From the NCBI GenBank assembly GCA_963840965.1, contig CAWJAW010000006.1:342356-406355 (forward strand): a stretch of 64,000 bases of DNA, written 5' to 3'. The translations under genes and the position numbers were made by a program. How positions within the stretch are numbered: the stretch's first letter is position 1; the number at the start of each line of letters is the position of its first letter. The stretch is from an uncultured Bacteroidales bacterium (GTDB taxonomy: Bacteria; Bacteroidota; Bacteroidia; Bacteroidales; VadinHA17). Positions 15,936 to 25,311 of this stretch are shown piece after piece. The notes beneath the pieces are model-generated. The model saw only the letters and a program-made list of their open reading frames with translations, was not told the origin of the DNA and did not search any database.

Positions 15936-17523
15936 CTATCTCATTAAGTGCGAGTTTAAGCTTCAGGTTGGTGATATCTTCCACGCACTGGTATGTCTTC
16001 TCCAGATACTCTGCAAGCATCGTTGTTATCTGTTCCCTGATGCTATATTTTTCTGCCATGAGATACAGTTCTTTCATTCTCTTGTTTTTCAACGCTTCTG
16101 TAACGACACTGAGGTCAGCTGCCCCGGCCTGTCCGGCCAGAAGTGAAATCAGAACCGACTGATCATCAAAGGACGAGAAGCCGTTTGCAACGGTGAAATC
16201 CTCAAGGTCATCCTTCATCTGGTAAGCGATTCCGATCAGATCGCTGAATTGTTCCAACAGTTCCAAAGTCTTCTTATCGGCACTTGACGCAATAGCCCCA
16301 ACCTGGAGTGACACCTTGAAGGCAGCAGAGGTTTTGTTCCTGAAAACCTCAATTATTTCATCCAGGGTGAGTATTCTTCCGTCGCGCCGGGCCATCAGTT
16401 CTTCTCCCTGTCCGATCGACATTGCCCTGTGACCCTGTGTAACTGCTTTAAAGCACTCACCGGTGCGGTCCGGAGACAGACCGCTTTCAGCCAGCAATCG
16501 GTAGCCCTCGCCGATAAGAAGATCGCCCAGGTTGATTGCAACAGGTATCCCGTAGCGGGTATGAATGGTTTCTTTTCCATACCGGAATGAATCATTGTCT
16601 TCAATGTCATCGTGAACCAGGGAGGCTTTATGGAAACACTCCACCGACATTGCCAGATGGGCCAGGAGGTCCAGATCCGGATTACTGTCAAATGCTTCAT
16701 AGGCAAGCACGGTAAGCAAAGGACGTATCCTTTTGCCTCCGGCCATAAGCATCTCCCTTACCATCTTTCCCGTTGCGGAACCGGCAAGTCCAATCATGCT
16801 ATCAATTCGCGACTCGGTGAAGAGGGCAGATGTTTTATCTTTCAAATTATTGATATTCAATAATTTAAAATCCGAATTCCTGTTAATGTAATTAATTTCC
16901 TCATTCACCCAGAGAGCATCGGCCTTTGTATCCTTACATCCGCATGTAACAAGGGGAATTCCGATAGCCGGAATCGAATATTTCGTAACCGAGCTGAACA
17001 TTTTTCTGAGCACGTCCATGCATCCTACTCCCACAACAGCATCAACCTTTCCGCTTTCAACAAGGCGGGTGGCAATTGTCGTGCCTTCTGCAACAATTGT
17101 AATGTATCCGAGGTCCTCCGCTTCCTTCAGGAAATTGCTGATACTGCAGTTTCCGCATTCACTGCACAAAAGGCCAAGTTCATCTTCAACTCCCGTGCAT
17201 AAATTACTGTTTCTAAGGCACATCGGAAGCAAAAGCATTCGGCGGTCGAATGGTATGGAACCAACAATGGGCCGCCATATTTCATTCCCCCCGCATACCA
17301 TTACAAATGCCTTGTGTCTTTCGTCCCAGTTGTTTTCCGCCATAAGTATGCCGGCGTAAACAGCCAGCTGATCGTATGAAACAGGCGGCATTATCTTCCT
17401 GTCAGAGAAGAATTTCCTCACTTTCTTCCTGATCTCCTCACGCTGCTCAGTATCCAGCGGAACAACCAGTGGCATAACAGCCTCCTGTTCAACTTCCTTT
17501 ATAGCCTGATTTATGTTATCCAT
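15907..17523 (-). CDS. DUF116-like Cys-rich domain fused to a trans-polyprenyl diphosphate synthase
   Basis: The N-terminal half matches my recollection of DUF116 (LLLPMCLRNSNLCTG, LCSECGNCSI, GYITIVAEGT, AVVGVGCMDVL). The C-terminal half carries both Asp-rich motifs: LVHDDIED (16597-16611) and QMKDDLED. I chose the start at MDNINQ (17523), which overlaps the upstream stop as ATGGATAA. Confidence 0.8.
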   Translation of the reverse strand: MDNINQAIKEVEQEAVMPLVVPLDTEQREEIRKKVRKFFSDRKIMPPVSYDQLAVYAGILMAENNWDERHKAFVMVCGGNEIWRPIVGSIPFDRRMLLLPMCLRNSNLCTGVEDELGLLCSECGNCSISNFLKEAEDLGYITIVAEGTTIATRLVESGKVDAVVGVGCMDVLRKMFSSVTKYSIPAIGIPLVTCGCKDTKADALWVNEEINYINRNSDFKLLNINNLKDKTSALFTESRIDSMIGLAGSATGKMVREMLMAGGKRIRPLLTVLAYEAFDSNPDLDLLAHLAMSVECFHKASLVHDDIEDNDSFRYGKETIHTRYGIPVAINLGDLLIGEGYRLLAESGLSPDRTGECFKAVTQGHRAMSIGQGEELMARRDGRILTLDEIIEVFRNKTSAAFKVSLQVGAIASSADKKTLELLEQFSDLIGIAYQMKDDLEDFTVANGFSSFDDQSVLISLLAGQAGAADLSVVTEALKNKRMKELYLMAEKYSIREQITTMLAEYLEKTYQCVEDITNLKLKLALNEIVGKTFGDYV

Positions 17524-18694
17524 AAGCTCCCATTCCAAAAAATGCAGTTTGTTTGGCAATCCTGTAAATAAAGTTTTTCTCAGGTATCACAGGGCAGGAT
17601 CCATGACTTGGCAGCCGGGGTGCTCTCTCAAGAGCATCCAGGTATTCAGGCCTGTTCGATGTGTTAATGGCATGATGCTTTTCACTGAAAGCTTTCACCC
17701 AGGCAGGATCTTCCATCAGCACACAGCCCTTTGTTTTCAAATGTATTTGCTCCCGGAAATCCCTCAGAAAATCAGAACCATCATAAGGTGATTTCAAGTC
17801 GCCCGATTTAACCCTATCTGCAGCTATTTGCAGAACCGGACAAGGTTCAACGTAACCGGCAGCATTAATATGATGACTCAGTCCGTCGGCTGCCGGGCAA
17901 AATGGTTCACCTTTGGCGCTCCAGTACGAATCAATCAGAACCATCGGAAACCTGGTACGTCCTTCAACAAGGAACTTTCTGAGACGCAGTATATCCTCCC
18001 CGTCAAGCGCAAGGTCATAATTGGGCATGCTGCCGGCTGGCCTGTAGATATAATACCAAAGGTAGAGGACTCCCATATCATGAAGCTTGTTTACAAATTC
18101 ATCCGACAGCGCCATGTCGATGTTCGATTTGCAGACGCTGATAGCCACACCGGTTATCAGTTTCTCCGACACGGCAGTACGAATAGCTTCAATAGTCCTG
18201 TTGTATATGTTATTTCCTCCGCGGCGGATGTCAGCAACCAGTTCATCCCCTTCAAGACTTATCAACGGAGTAACGTTGCCGTTTTTCCTGAGTTCCGCCG
18301 CTACTGATCTGGTAAGCATGGTGCCGTTCGTGAAGAGCTGGAAATAGCAATCCTGGTGCGTCCTGAAAATTTCCATCAGATCCGGATGCATAAGAGGTTC
18401 TCCTCCAAGAATCCCGGTGAAATAAGATCCATGTCTTTTCCCGTCCTCAATAACTGAATATATCTTTTCAAGCGGCATGTAATCAGGTTTACCGGCGACC
18501 GTGACCCAGCACCCCTGGCATCGAAGGTTACAGTCGTTCGTTACGGAAATGAATTGAAAAGCAGGGAAGGGCAAACCTTTCCTGACTCTCTTTCGGAATT
18601 TCCTGAAGCCAAGAAAGCCTTTCCATCCCATATTTATCAGGAATTTTCTCCGGCAGTTTCTGTCAGTATTAATAAAGTTTTTATATATCGACAT
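17516..18694 (-). CDS. Radical SAM enzyme, unassigned subfamily
   Basis: CX3CX2C motif CNLRCQGC (18509-18532), followed by GGEPLMHP and FTNGT motifs. I saw no B12-binding N-terminal domain and no SPASM-type Cys-rich C-terminus. Confidence 0.85.
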   Translation of the reverse strand: MSIYKNFINTDRNCRRKFLINMGWKGFLGFRKFRKRVRKGLPFPAFQFISVTNDCNLRCQGCWVTVAGKPDYMPLEKIYSVIEDGKRHGSYFTGILGGEPLMHPDLMEIFRTHQDCYFQLFTNGTMLTRSVAAELRKNGNVTPLISLEGDELVADIRRGGNNIYNRTIEAIRTAVSEKLITGVAISVCKSNIDMALSDEFVNKLHDMGVLYLWYYIYRPAGSMPNYDLALDGEDILRLRKFLVEGRTRFPMVLIDSYWSAKGEPFCPAADGLSHHINAAGYVEPCPVLQIAADRVKSGDLKSPYDGSDFLRDFREQIHLKTKGCVLMEDPAWVKAFSEKHHAINTSNRPEYLDALERAPRLPSHGSCPVIPEKNFIYRIAKQTAFFGMGAYG

Positions 18695-18709
18695 TGCTTC
18701 AGCTAAAAT

Positions 18710-19510
18710 TTAGGATGACTCATCACGTGCCCTGTCCCTCTCCGAGAGCGCCTTTTTCATAGCTTCTTTTCTGATGATCGACTGCCTTTTCAGTTTCCTT
18801 CCCTGGAGGGCCTGGTATATGTCATTTCCCAGGAATTCTTTAATATCATGTGCCTGTCTCTGCTGCTCCGATTGCTCGTCTATCTCCTCCGAACCGCCGA
18901 TTGCACCTCCGTGCCTGTATTTCGGAAAGATGATAGCAGTGGCAGGACAAATCCTTGCACAAGCCGGACAATTGTTCTTGCAGCCTTCCGGATTGGTAAC
19001 AATCACATGGCCTTCTTCCTTTTTGTAAACCCCGAAAAGGCAGAAATCAGCACACTGGCCGCAAGAGGTGCATCTCGAATAATCTATAAGCGGATACCAT
19101 GAGGGCCATCCTGATCCTTCTGTAATTTCAGTGACGAGGGGCGTTCCGTTCCGGTACCCGCAGAATTCGTCAATCTGCCTTGCAGCTTCTGAGACAGATG
19201 AATCAATCAGATTAAGATGACTGAACTGGGGAGAGGGGGTATTTAAATCCCTGGCCTGCCCGAACAGAATTTCCATGCTTCTTCTGTGACAACCAAGGAC
19301 AAGACAATCGTCACCAGCAGAAAGCAATTCCGCCAGCTTATCCTTCTTTTTTGCGGCTAAGCCGCACAGATCCGACAACCTTGTGACCCTTGAGGGTACT
19401 TTTCCCAGATGTCCTTCTACATCCTTCAGCAAGTCCGCATCGATTCTCTCGCCGCCGCAATTGCATAATATAATATGTTTGCCGGTAATCAGCCCGGAAA
19501 TATTTTCCAT
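18710..19510 (-). CDS. 2x[4Fe-4S] ferredoxin-domain protein with an N-terminal Cys-containing domain
   Basis: CTSCGQCADFC and CKNNCPACARICP motifs. The N-terminal IILCNCGG ... LVLGCHRRS resembles MvhD/FlpD-type domains, but this is a weak resemblance from memory. It is the first gene of the terpenoid operon. Confidence 0.7.
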   Translation of the reverse strand: MENISGLITGKHIILCNCGGERIDADLLKDVEGHLGKVPSRVTRLSDLCGLAAKKKDKLAELLSAGDDCLVLGCHRRSMEILFGQARDLNTPSPQFSHLNLIDSSVSEAARQIDEFCGYRNGTPLVTEITEGSGWPSWYPLIDYSRCTSCGQCADFCLFGVYKKEEGHVIVTNPEGCKNNCPACARICPATAIIFPKYRHGGAIGGSEEIDEQSEQQRQAHDIKEFLGNDIYQALQGRKLKRQSIIRKEAMKKALSERDRARDESS

Positions 19511-19705
19511 CGTGCAAAAATAACAAAACCACCGGTCATATAATGCTTAATTACCCCTCACCAAGGCAAATCCTGAAATGAAAAAGAAAAACAGGGGTTT
19601 AAAACGAAAATGACGGAAGCATAATGATATTGTCAAGGGTTACCGGTTTAATTTGATAAATTATCTTATTTTTATTGCCGGTGAAACCCGAAAACTACAA
19701 AGGCG

Positions 19706-20764
19706 ATGGAAATGGATGATTTTGATGATTTTAAGATCATTTTATGGCTTATACTCTTTCTTCTTTTTGGCATTGTGATAATTACCTGCAAACGATTGCC
19801 GGATGAAGTGATCATGACCGTTAACGGGCCTGAATCGCCCGGCAGGATGGGTATTACCCTTGAGCACGAGCACATTCTGGTGGATTTTATCGGTGCCGAC
19901 AGCACAGGATATTTCAGATGGAATAAGGATTCGGTGATAGCAAAAGCTCTTCCTTTTGTATTGGCCGCAAAGCAAAATGGAGTGAAAACCTTTATTGAGG
20001 CCACTCCGCAGTGGCTGGGAAGGGACCCTGTAATGCTTAAATCACTCTCAAGAGCCTCAGGAATAAACTTTATTACAAATACCGGATATTACGGTGCACA
20101 AAGCAATAAATACATCCCAAAAAGTATTTTTTCTATGGATGCAGCAGAAATTGCTGATCTGTGGATCGAAGAATATAAAAACGGAATTGAGGGAACAGGT
20201 ATCAAACCGGGATTTATAAAGATCGCCGTGAATCCCGACGATCAGCTTTCTCCTGAACACATAAAAATCATAAAAGCAGCTTCGATTGCCCATCTTGAAA
20301 CCGGACTTGTGATCGCATCCCACACCGGACCTGATGGTCCGGCCTTTGAACAGATTGAAATCCTTAAGCAATCCGGTGCCGATCCTTCGGCTTTCATCTG
20401 GGTTCATGCCCAGAGAGGAACCATTGAAGGAAATATAAGGGCTGCAAGGGAAGGAACATGGATCTCTCTCGATAACATCCGGATAAGAAATATCGAACCC
20501 GGCTCCCCTAACAGTGTGGAATGGTATGCCGACAGGATAGCCCGGCTCAAGGATGAAGGCCTTCTTGAAAAAGTTCTTGTCTCTCACGATTCCGGATGGT
20601 ATGACCCTGATAAGCCTCAAGGAGGAAACTTCAACGGTTATAACGACATCTTTGATGCCTTATTACCGGCCCTCAGAAACAGGGGTTTTACCGATGATGA
20701 CATCGACCAGATCCTTGTTAAAAACCCGGGCAGGGCGTATGCAATCAGAATCAGAAAATTGTAG
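19706..20764 (+). CDS. Phosphotriesterase-family (PTE/PHP-like) amidohydrolase, possible lipoprotein
   Basis: GITLEHEHILVDF metal-binding HxH motif and VLVSHDSGW near the C-terminus. The N-terminus LFLLFGIVIITC looks like a lipoprotein signal. An alternative start is MTVNGP at 19814. Confidence 0.75.
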   Translation: MEMDDFDDFKIILWLILFLLFGIVIITCKRLPDEVIMTVNGPESPGRMGITLEHEHILVDFIGADSTGYFRWNKDSVIAKALPFVLAAKQNGVKTFIEATPQWLGRDPVMLKSLSRASGINFITNTGYYGAQSNKYIPKSIFSMDAAEIADLWIEEYKNGIEGTGIKPGFIKIAVNPDDQLSPEHIKIIKAASIAHLETGLVIASHTGPDGPAFEQIEILKQSGADPSAFIWVHAQRGTIEGNIRAAREGTWISLDNIRIRNIEPGSPNSVEWYADRIARLKDEGLLEKVLVSHDSGWYDPDKPQGGNFNGYNDIFDALLPALRNRGFTDDDIDQILVKNPGRAYAIRIRKL

Positions 20765-20827
20765 TGCCAGAATAATTTATCTTGTCTTCACTTCTGACAG
20801 TCTAACCCAAATCCTTACAAAACCCTT

Positions 20828-22258
20828 ATGAAACCTGCAATCCCTCTGACCCTCTGCACATCACTCGCAGTTGCTTCCTGCTCACAGGCAGGAAAGGACT
20901 CACCCCTTCCCAATATTGTTTACATTCTGGCCGACGACCTCGGCTATGGTGATCTGAGTTGTTATGGCCAGAAGAAATTCTTAACCCCCAATATCGACAG
21001 GCTAGCCAGTCAGGGAATGCTTTACCGTCAGCATTATACAGGCTGCACGGTTAGCGCTCCGTCGCGGTCGTGTCTCATGACCGGACTTCATACCGGGCAC
21101 ACTCCCATAAGAGGCAACAAGGAGTGGAAACCGGAAGGTCAATGGCCTCTTCCGGCGACATCTGTCACAGTGGCTGAAATGCTAAAGACAAAGGGCTACT
21201 CAACAGGAGCCTACGGCAAATGGGGTCTTGGCTATATCAATAGCGAGGGTGATCCCAACTCCCAGGGCTTCGACGAATTCTATGGCTACAACTGTCAGCG
21301 GCTTGCCCATAACTACTTTCCCGACCATTTGTGGCATAACAGGGAAATGATTCTCCTGCATGCCAACGACAGCAGCCGCACAGGTGCCTACAGTCCGGAC
21401 CTTATCCATGCCGAGGCCCTGAAATTCATCGAAAAGAACAGGAACAATAAGTTTTTCATGTTCTACCCCACAACCATTCCCCATGCCGAACTGGTGGCTA
21501 AGGAAGAGTACATGCAAAAATTCAGGGGTAAATTTGATCCTGAAAAGGTATTCAAAGGCGTTGATGACGGTCCTGAATTCAGACAGGGTCCCTATGGCTC
21601 ACAGCCCGAATCCCACGCAGCCTTTGCAGCTATGGTGACTCAGCTTGACGACTATGTGGGTGAGATAATGGAAAAACTGGCAGAGCTTGGTCTTGAAGAA
21701 AATACGATTGTAATTTTTGCATCCGACAACGGCCCCCATCTTGAAGGCGGCGCCGATCCCGACTACTTCGAAAGTAACGGACCCCTCAGGGGAAATAAGA
21801 GGGATATGTATGAGGGCGGAATCAGGACACCGATGATAGTAAGATGGCCTGACCGGGTGAGACCGGGATCCGTATCTGATCACATTTCAGCATTCTGGGA
21901 TATAATGCCGACAATTGCAGAAATAGCTGGAATTGACGTCCCTGCAGGAACTGACGGGATTTCTTTCCTTCCTGAATTGCTAGGTAAGAAGCAGAAAAAA
22001 CACGAATACCTCTACTGGGAATTCCACGAGCAGGGCGGAAAGATAGCAGTAAGAATGGGAGACTGGAAAGCGGTTAAGCTGAATGCCGACAAAGGGCCGG
22101 AGAGCACTATCGAGCTTTATGACCTTTCGGCTGATGAAGGTGAAACAACTGACCTGGCACCATCCAATCCTGACCTGGTAAAGAAACTGGAACAAGTGAT
22201 GAATGATGCACATGTTCCATCAGAAATTTTTCCATTCCCCTTTGAAGTAAGTAAGTAA
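20828..22258 (+). CDS. Sulfatase (Ser-type formylglycine motif)
   Basis: PNIVYILADDLGYGD and the FGly motif S-A-P-S-R-S-C-L-M-T-G. N-terminal lipoprotein-like signal. Confidence 0.9.
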   Translation: MKPAIPLTLCTSLAVASCSQAGKDSPLPNIVYILADDLGYGDLSCYGQKKFLTPNIDRLASQGMLYRQHYTGCTVSAPSRSCLMTGLHTGHTPIRGNKEWKPEGQWPLPATSVTVAEMLKTKGYSTGAYGKWGLGYINSEGDPNSQGFDEFYGYNCQRLAHNYFPDHLWHNREMILLHANDSSRTGAYSPDLIHAEALKFIEKNRNNKFFMFYPTTIPHAELVAKEEYMQKFRGKFDPEKVFKGVDDGPEFRQGPYGSQPESHAAFAAMVTQLDDYVGEIMEKLAELGLEENTIVIFASDNGPHLEGGADPDYFESNGPLRGNKRDMYEGGIRTPMIVRWPDRVRPGSVSDHISAFWDIMPTIAEIAGIDVPAGTDGISFLPELLGKKQKKHEYLYWEFHEQGGKIAVRMGDWKAVKLNADKGPESTIELYDLSADEGETTDLAPSNPDLVKKLEQVMNDAHVPSEIFPFPFEVSK

Positions 22259-22259
22259 A

Positions 22260-23777
22260 ATGAACCTTAAACTCTTGACAGGATCAGCCGGAATTATTTC
22301 AGCATCACTGACCCAGATAAGCTTTTCGCAACCTGCGGAAAAGCCCAATATAATCATTATTCTTGCCGACGATCTTGGCTATGGCGACGTCAGCTGCTAT
22401 GGTGCAACCCGTCTGAAAACGCCGAATATTGACAGGATTGCAAACCAGGGACTACAGTTTACGAATGGCTATTGCACCTCAGCAACGAGCACCCCTTCGC
22501 GGTATTCACTGCTCACCGGACAATATGCCTGGCGGCGTGAAGGCACCAGTATTCTGCCCGGGGACGCTTCTGCCCTGATTAAACCAGGCAGCATCACCCT
22601 TCCTTCAGTAATAAAAACCGCCGGATATACAACCGGCGTTGTGGGTAAGTGGCACCTCGGACTTGGTCCCGAAGGAGGTCCCGACTGGAACGGTGAAATC
22701 AGACCGGGACCACTGGATATCGGCTTCGATTACAGCTTTTTAATTCCTGCCACAGGCGATCGTGTACCCTGTGTATATGTTGAAAACAGGAGGGTGGTGG
22801 AACTTGATCACGCTGATCCGATTTCAGTCGATTACAGTAAAAAGATCGGGGACTGGCCCACCGGCAAGGAGAACCCTGAACTCCTTAAAATGCATCCCAG
22901 CCACGGGCACGACATGACCATTGTAAACGGAATCAGCCGTATCGGTTACATGACCGGCGGAAGGTCAGCACTGTGGATCGATGAGGATATGGCCGATGTC
23001 ATTACCTCCAAGGCAGTTAAGTTCATCGAAGATAATCATGAAGTACCATTCTTTCTCTACTTCGCAACCCACGACATCCATGTTCCGAGGGTTCCCAACG
23101 GACGGTTCGCAGGCAAAAGCGGAATGGGCCCCAGGGGGGATGCAATCCTTGAATTCGACTGGTCAGTGGGAGAGATAGTAAAAGCGGTTAAAAGAATGAA
23201 GTTAGAAAAGAACACCCTTATAATTGTTACCAGTGATAACGGTCCGGTGGTGGATGACGGCTACCGCGACCAGGCGGTTGAACTTCTGGGTTCTCACAAG
23301 CCGGCCGGAAAACTTCGCGGAGGAAAATACAGCGCTTTTGAGGGAGGAACAAGAGTGGTTTTCATAACTTCCTGGAAAGGAACGATAAAGAAAGGCGTTT
23401 CCGATGCATTATTCAGCCAGATCGACCTGATGGCTTCGCTTGCAGGTCTGGCAGGAGCTATAATCCCTGAAGGCGGAGCTCCGGACAGCAGGAACCACAT
23501 GGATGTACTGACCGGAAAATCGGACAAATGCCGGGAGTGGGTAGTGGAACAACCATCCGGGAACAGGCTGTCAATAGTCAGTAAAGGATGGAAACTTATT
23601 GAACCGGGCCAGGGACCTAAGATCCAGGTCAACACGAACACCGAAACCGGATATGACAAGAATTACCAGCTGTATAATCTCCAGACTGACCCGGGAGAAA
23701 AGAATAATGAAGCAAGTAGAGAGCCGGCTGTTGTTAAGGAATTAACAGATCTCCTTAACTCTATAAAAGCCAGATGA
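22260..23777 (+). CDS. Sulfatase (Ser-type)
   Basis: PNIIIILADDLGYGD and the motif S-T-P-S-R-Y-S-L-L-T-G. It starts 1 nt after the preceding stop. Confidence 0.9.
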   Translation: MNLKLLTGSAGIISASLTQISFSQPAEKPNIIIILADDLGYGDVSCYGATRLKTPNIDRIANQGLQFTNGYCTSATSTPSRYSLLTGQYAWRREGTSILPGDASALIKPGSITLPSVIKTAGYTTGVVGKWHLGLGPEGGPDWNGEIRPGPLDIGFDYSFLIPATGDRVPCVYVENRRVVELDHADPISVDYSKKIGDWPTGKENPELLKMHPSHGHDMTIVNGISRIGYMTGGRSALWIDEDMADVITSKAVKFIEDNHEVPFFLYFATHDIHVPRVPNGRFAGKSGMGPRGDAILEFDWSVGEIVKAVKRMKLEKNTLIIVTSDNGPVVDDGYRDQAVELLGSHKPAGKLRGGKYSAFEGGTRVVFITSWKGTIKKGVSDALFSQIDLMASLAGLAGAIIPEGGAPDSRNHMDVLTGKSDKCREWVVEQPSGNRLSIVSKGWKLIEPGQGPKIQVNTNTETGYDKNYQLYNLQTDPGEKNNEASREPAVVKELTDLLNSIKAR

Positions 23778-23819
23778 AATATGAAACAAATTAAAGGCAC
23801 TTTTTGATATGATAACCAT

Positions 23820-25304
23820 ATGAATCAGACAATGATAACCCTACGGTCAACACTTAATCTCGGGCTTGTTTCACTGGCTGCAGTACAGGCAGGCGCCCGG
23901 ACGACAGAATCTTTACAACCCCGCACCCCGAATATAATTCTTATCCTAATGGATGATATGGGTTATGGAGACATCGGCAGGACGGGAGCTGTACAATATA
24001 ATACACCAAATCTCGACAGGCTGGCCTCCCATGGAATGCAGTTCACTTGGTATTATTGCCCGCAGGCTGTGAGCAGTGCTTCGAGGGCAGGACTGTTGAC
24101 CGGCTGCTACCCAAACAGGGTAGGCATTACAGGAGCCCTGATGCCATGGGCTGTCAATGGAATAAACAGCCAGGAAACAACAATAGCTGAAACACTTAAA
24201 ACAAGGGGATACCATACAGGAGTAATTGGTAAATGGCACCTGGGACATCACAGGGAATTTCTTCCATTGCAGCATGGATTCGATGAATATTATGGAATTC
24301 CCTATTCCAACGACATGTGGCCCGTCGATTTTGACGGTATACCCATTCATCTTAAAGACACCACAAGCAATAAAATGAAGTACCCCGTGCTGCCTCTGAT
24401 CGAAGGCAATGAAAAAACGGGAGAAGTCAGGACCCTCTCTGATCAGGACAAACTGACCTCGGATTATACCCAAAGGGCAGTGAAGTTCATTGAAAGCCAT
24501 GCAAAGGAACCCTTCTTCCTTTATTTTCCACATTCGATGGTTCACATACCGCTTGGAGTATCCTCAACATTCCGGGGCAAGAGCAACCAGGGATTATACG
24601 GCGATGTCATGATGGAAGTTGACTGGTCGGTAGGGGAGATAATGAAGGCCCTTGAACGAAACGGCCTGGATAACAATACACTTGTTATATTCACCAGCGA
24701 CAACGGTCCCTGGCTAAACTTTGGTAACCATGCCGGATCAACCGGCGGACTTCGCGAAGGCAAGGGAAGCACCTGGGAAGGAGGACACAGGGTTCCCTGT
24801 ATAATGAAATGGCCGGGTGTCATCCCTGAAGGCACAATATGCAACCAGCTGGCCTCATCGATAGACATTCTCCCAACAATCGCCAGCATTACAGGGGCAG
24901 ATCTTCCTGCATTGAAAATTGACGGTGTCAGTATTCTTCCACTTATGATGGGAGAAGAAAATATTTCCCCCCGCCGTGAATTCTACTATTATTATCAGAC
25001 CAACAGCCTGGAAGCCGTCCAGCGCGATTTCTGGAAACTGGTTTTGCCTCATCAGGGACGTACCTACAGGGATATGAAACCGGGAGCGGACGGCTGGCCG
25101 GGTCCGACAGGTACTGAGACGATTTCAGAACCTCAGTTATTCGATCTCCGGCGCGATCCGGGTGAATGGTATAACGTGGCAATGTATTATCCCGAAAAGG
25201 TTAAAGAACTTTTGCAACTTGCTGATGAAGCAAGAAATGACCTTGGTGATGCTCTTACAGATACCCCGGGCATGAACAGGAGAAAAGCAGGAACGCTTAA
25301 ATAA
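23820..25304 (+). CDS. Sulfatase (Ser-type, Ala at +2)
   Basis: PNIILILMDDMGYGD and the motif S-S-A-S-R-A-G-L-L-T-G. Confidence 0.9.
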   Translation: MNQTMITLRSTLNLGLVSLAAVQAGARTTESLQPRTPNIILILMDDMGYGDIGRTGAVQYNTPNLDRLASHGMQFTWYYCPQAVSSASRAGLLTGCYPNRVGITGALMPWAVNGINSQETTIAETLKTRGYHTGVIGKWHLGHHREFLPLQHGFDEYYGIPYSNDMWPVDFDGIPIHLKDTTSNKMKYPVLPLIEGNEKTGEVRTLSDQDKLTSDYTQRAVKFIESHAKEPFFLYFPHSMVHIPLGVSSTFRGKSNQGLYGDVMMEVDWSVGEIMKALERNGLDNNTLVIFTSDNGPWLNFGNHAGSTGGLREGKGSTWEGGHRVPCIMKWPGVIPEGTICNQLASSIDILPTIASITGADLPALKIDGVSILPLMMGEENISPRREFYYYYQTNSLEAVQRDFWKLVLPHQGRTYRDMKPGADGWPGPTGTETISEPQLFDLRRDPGEWYNVAMYYPEKVKELLQLADEARNDLGDALTDTPGMNRRKAGTLK

Positions 25305-25311
25305 GTAAAAA

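Noticed and set aside
19515-19522. A TATTTTTG -7-like box on the minus strand, as the promoter of the terpenoid operon.
   Set aside because: It lies only 4 nt upstream of the ATG at 19510, so the transcript would start inside the ORF. This is not convincing without start-site data.
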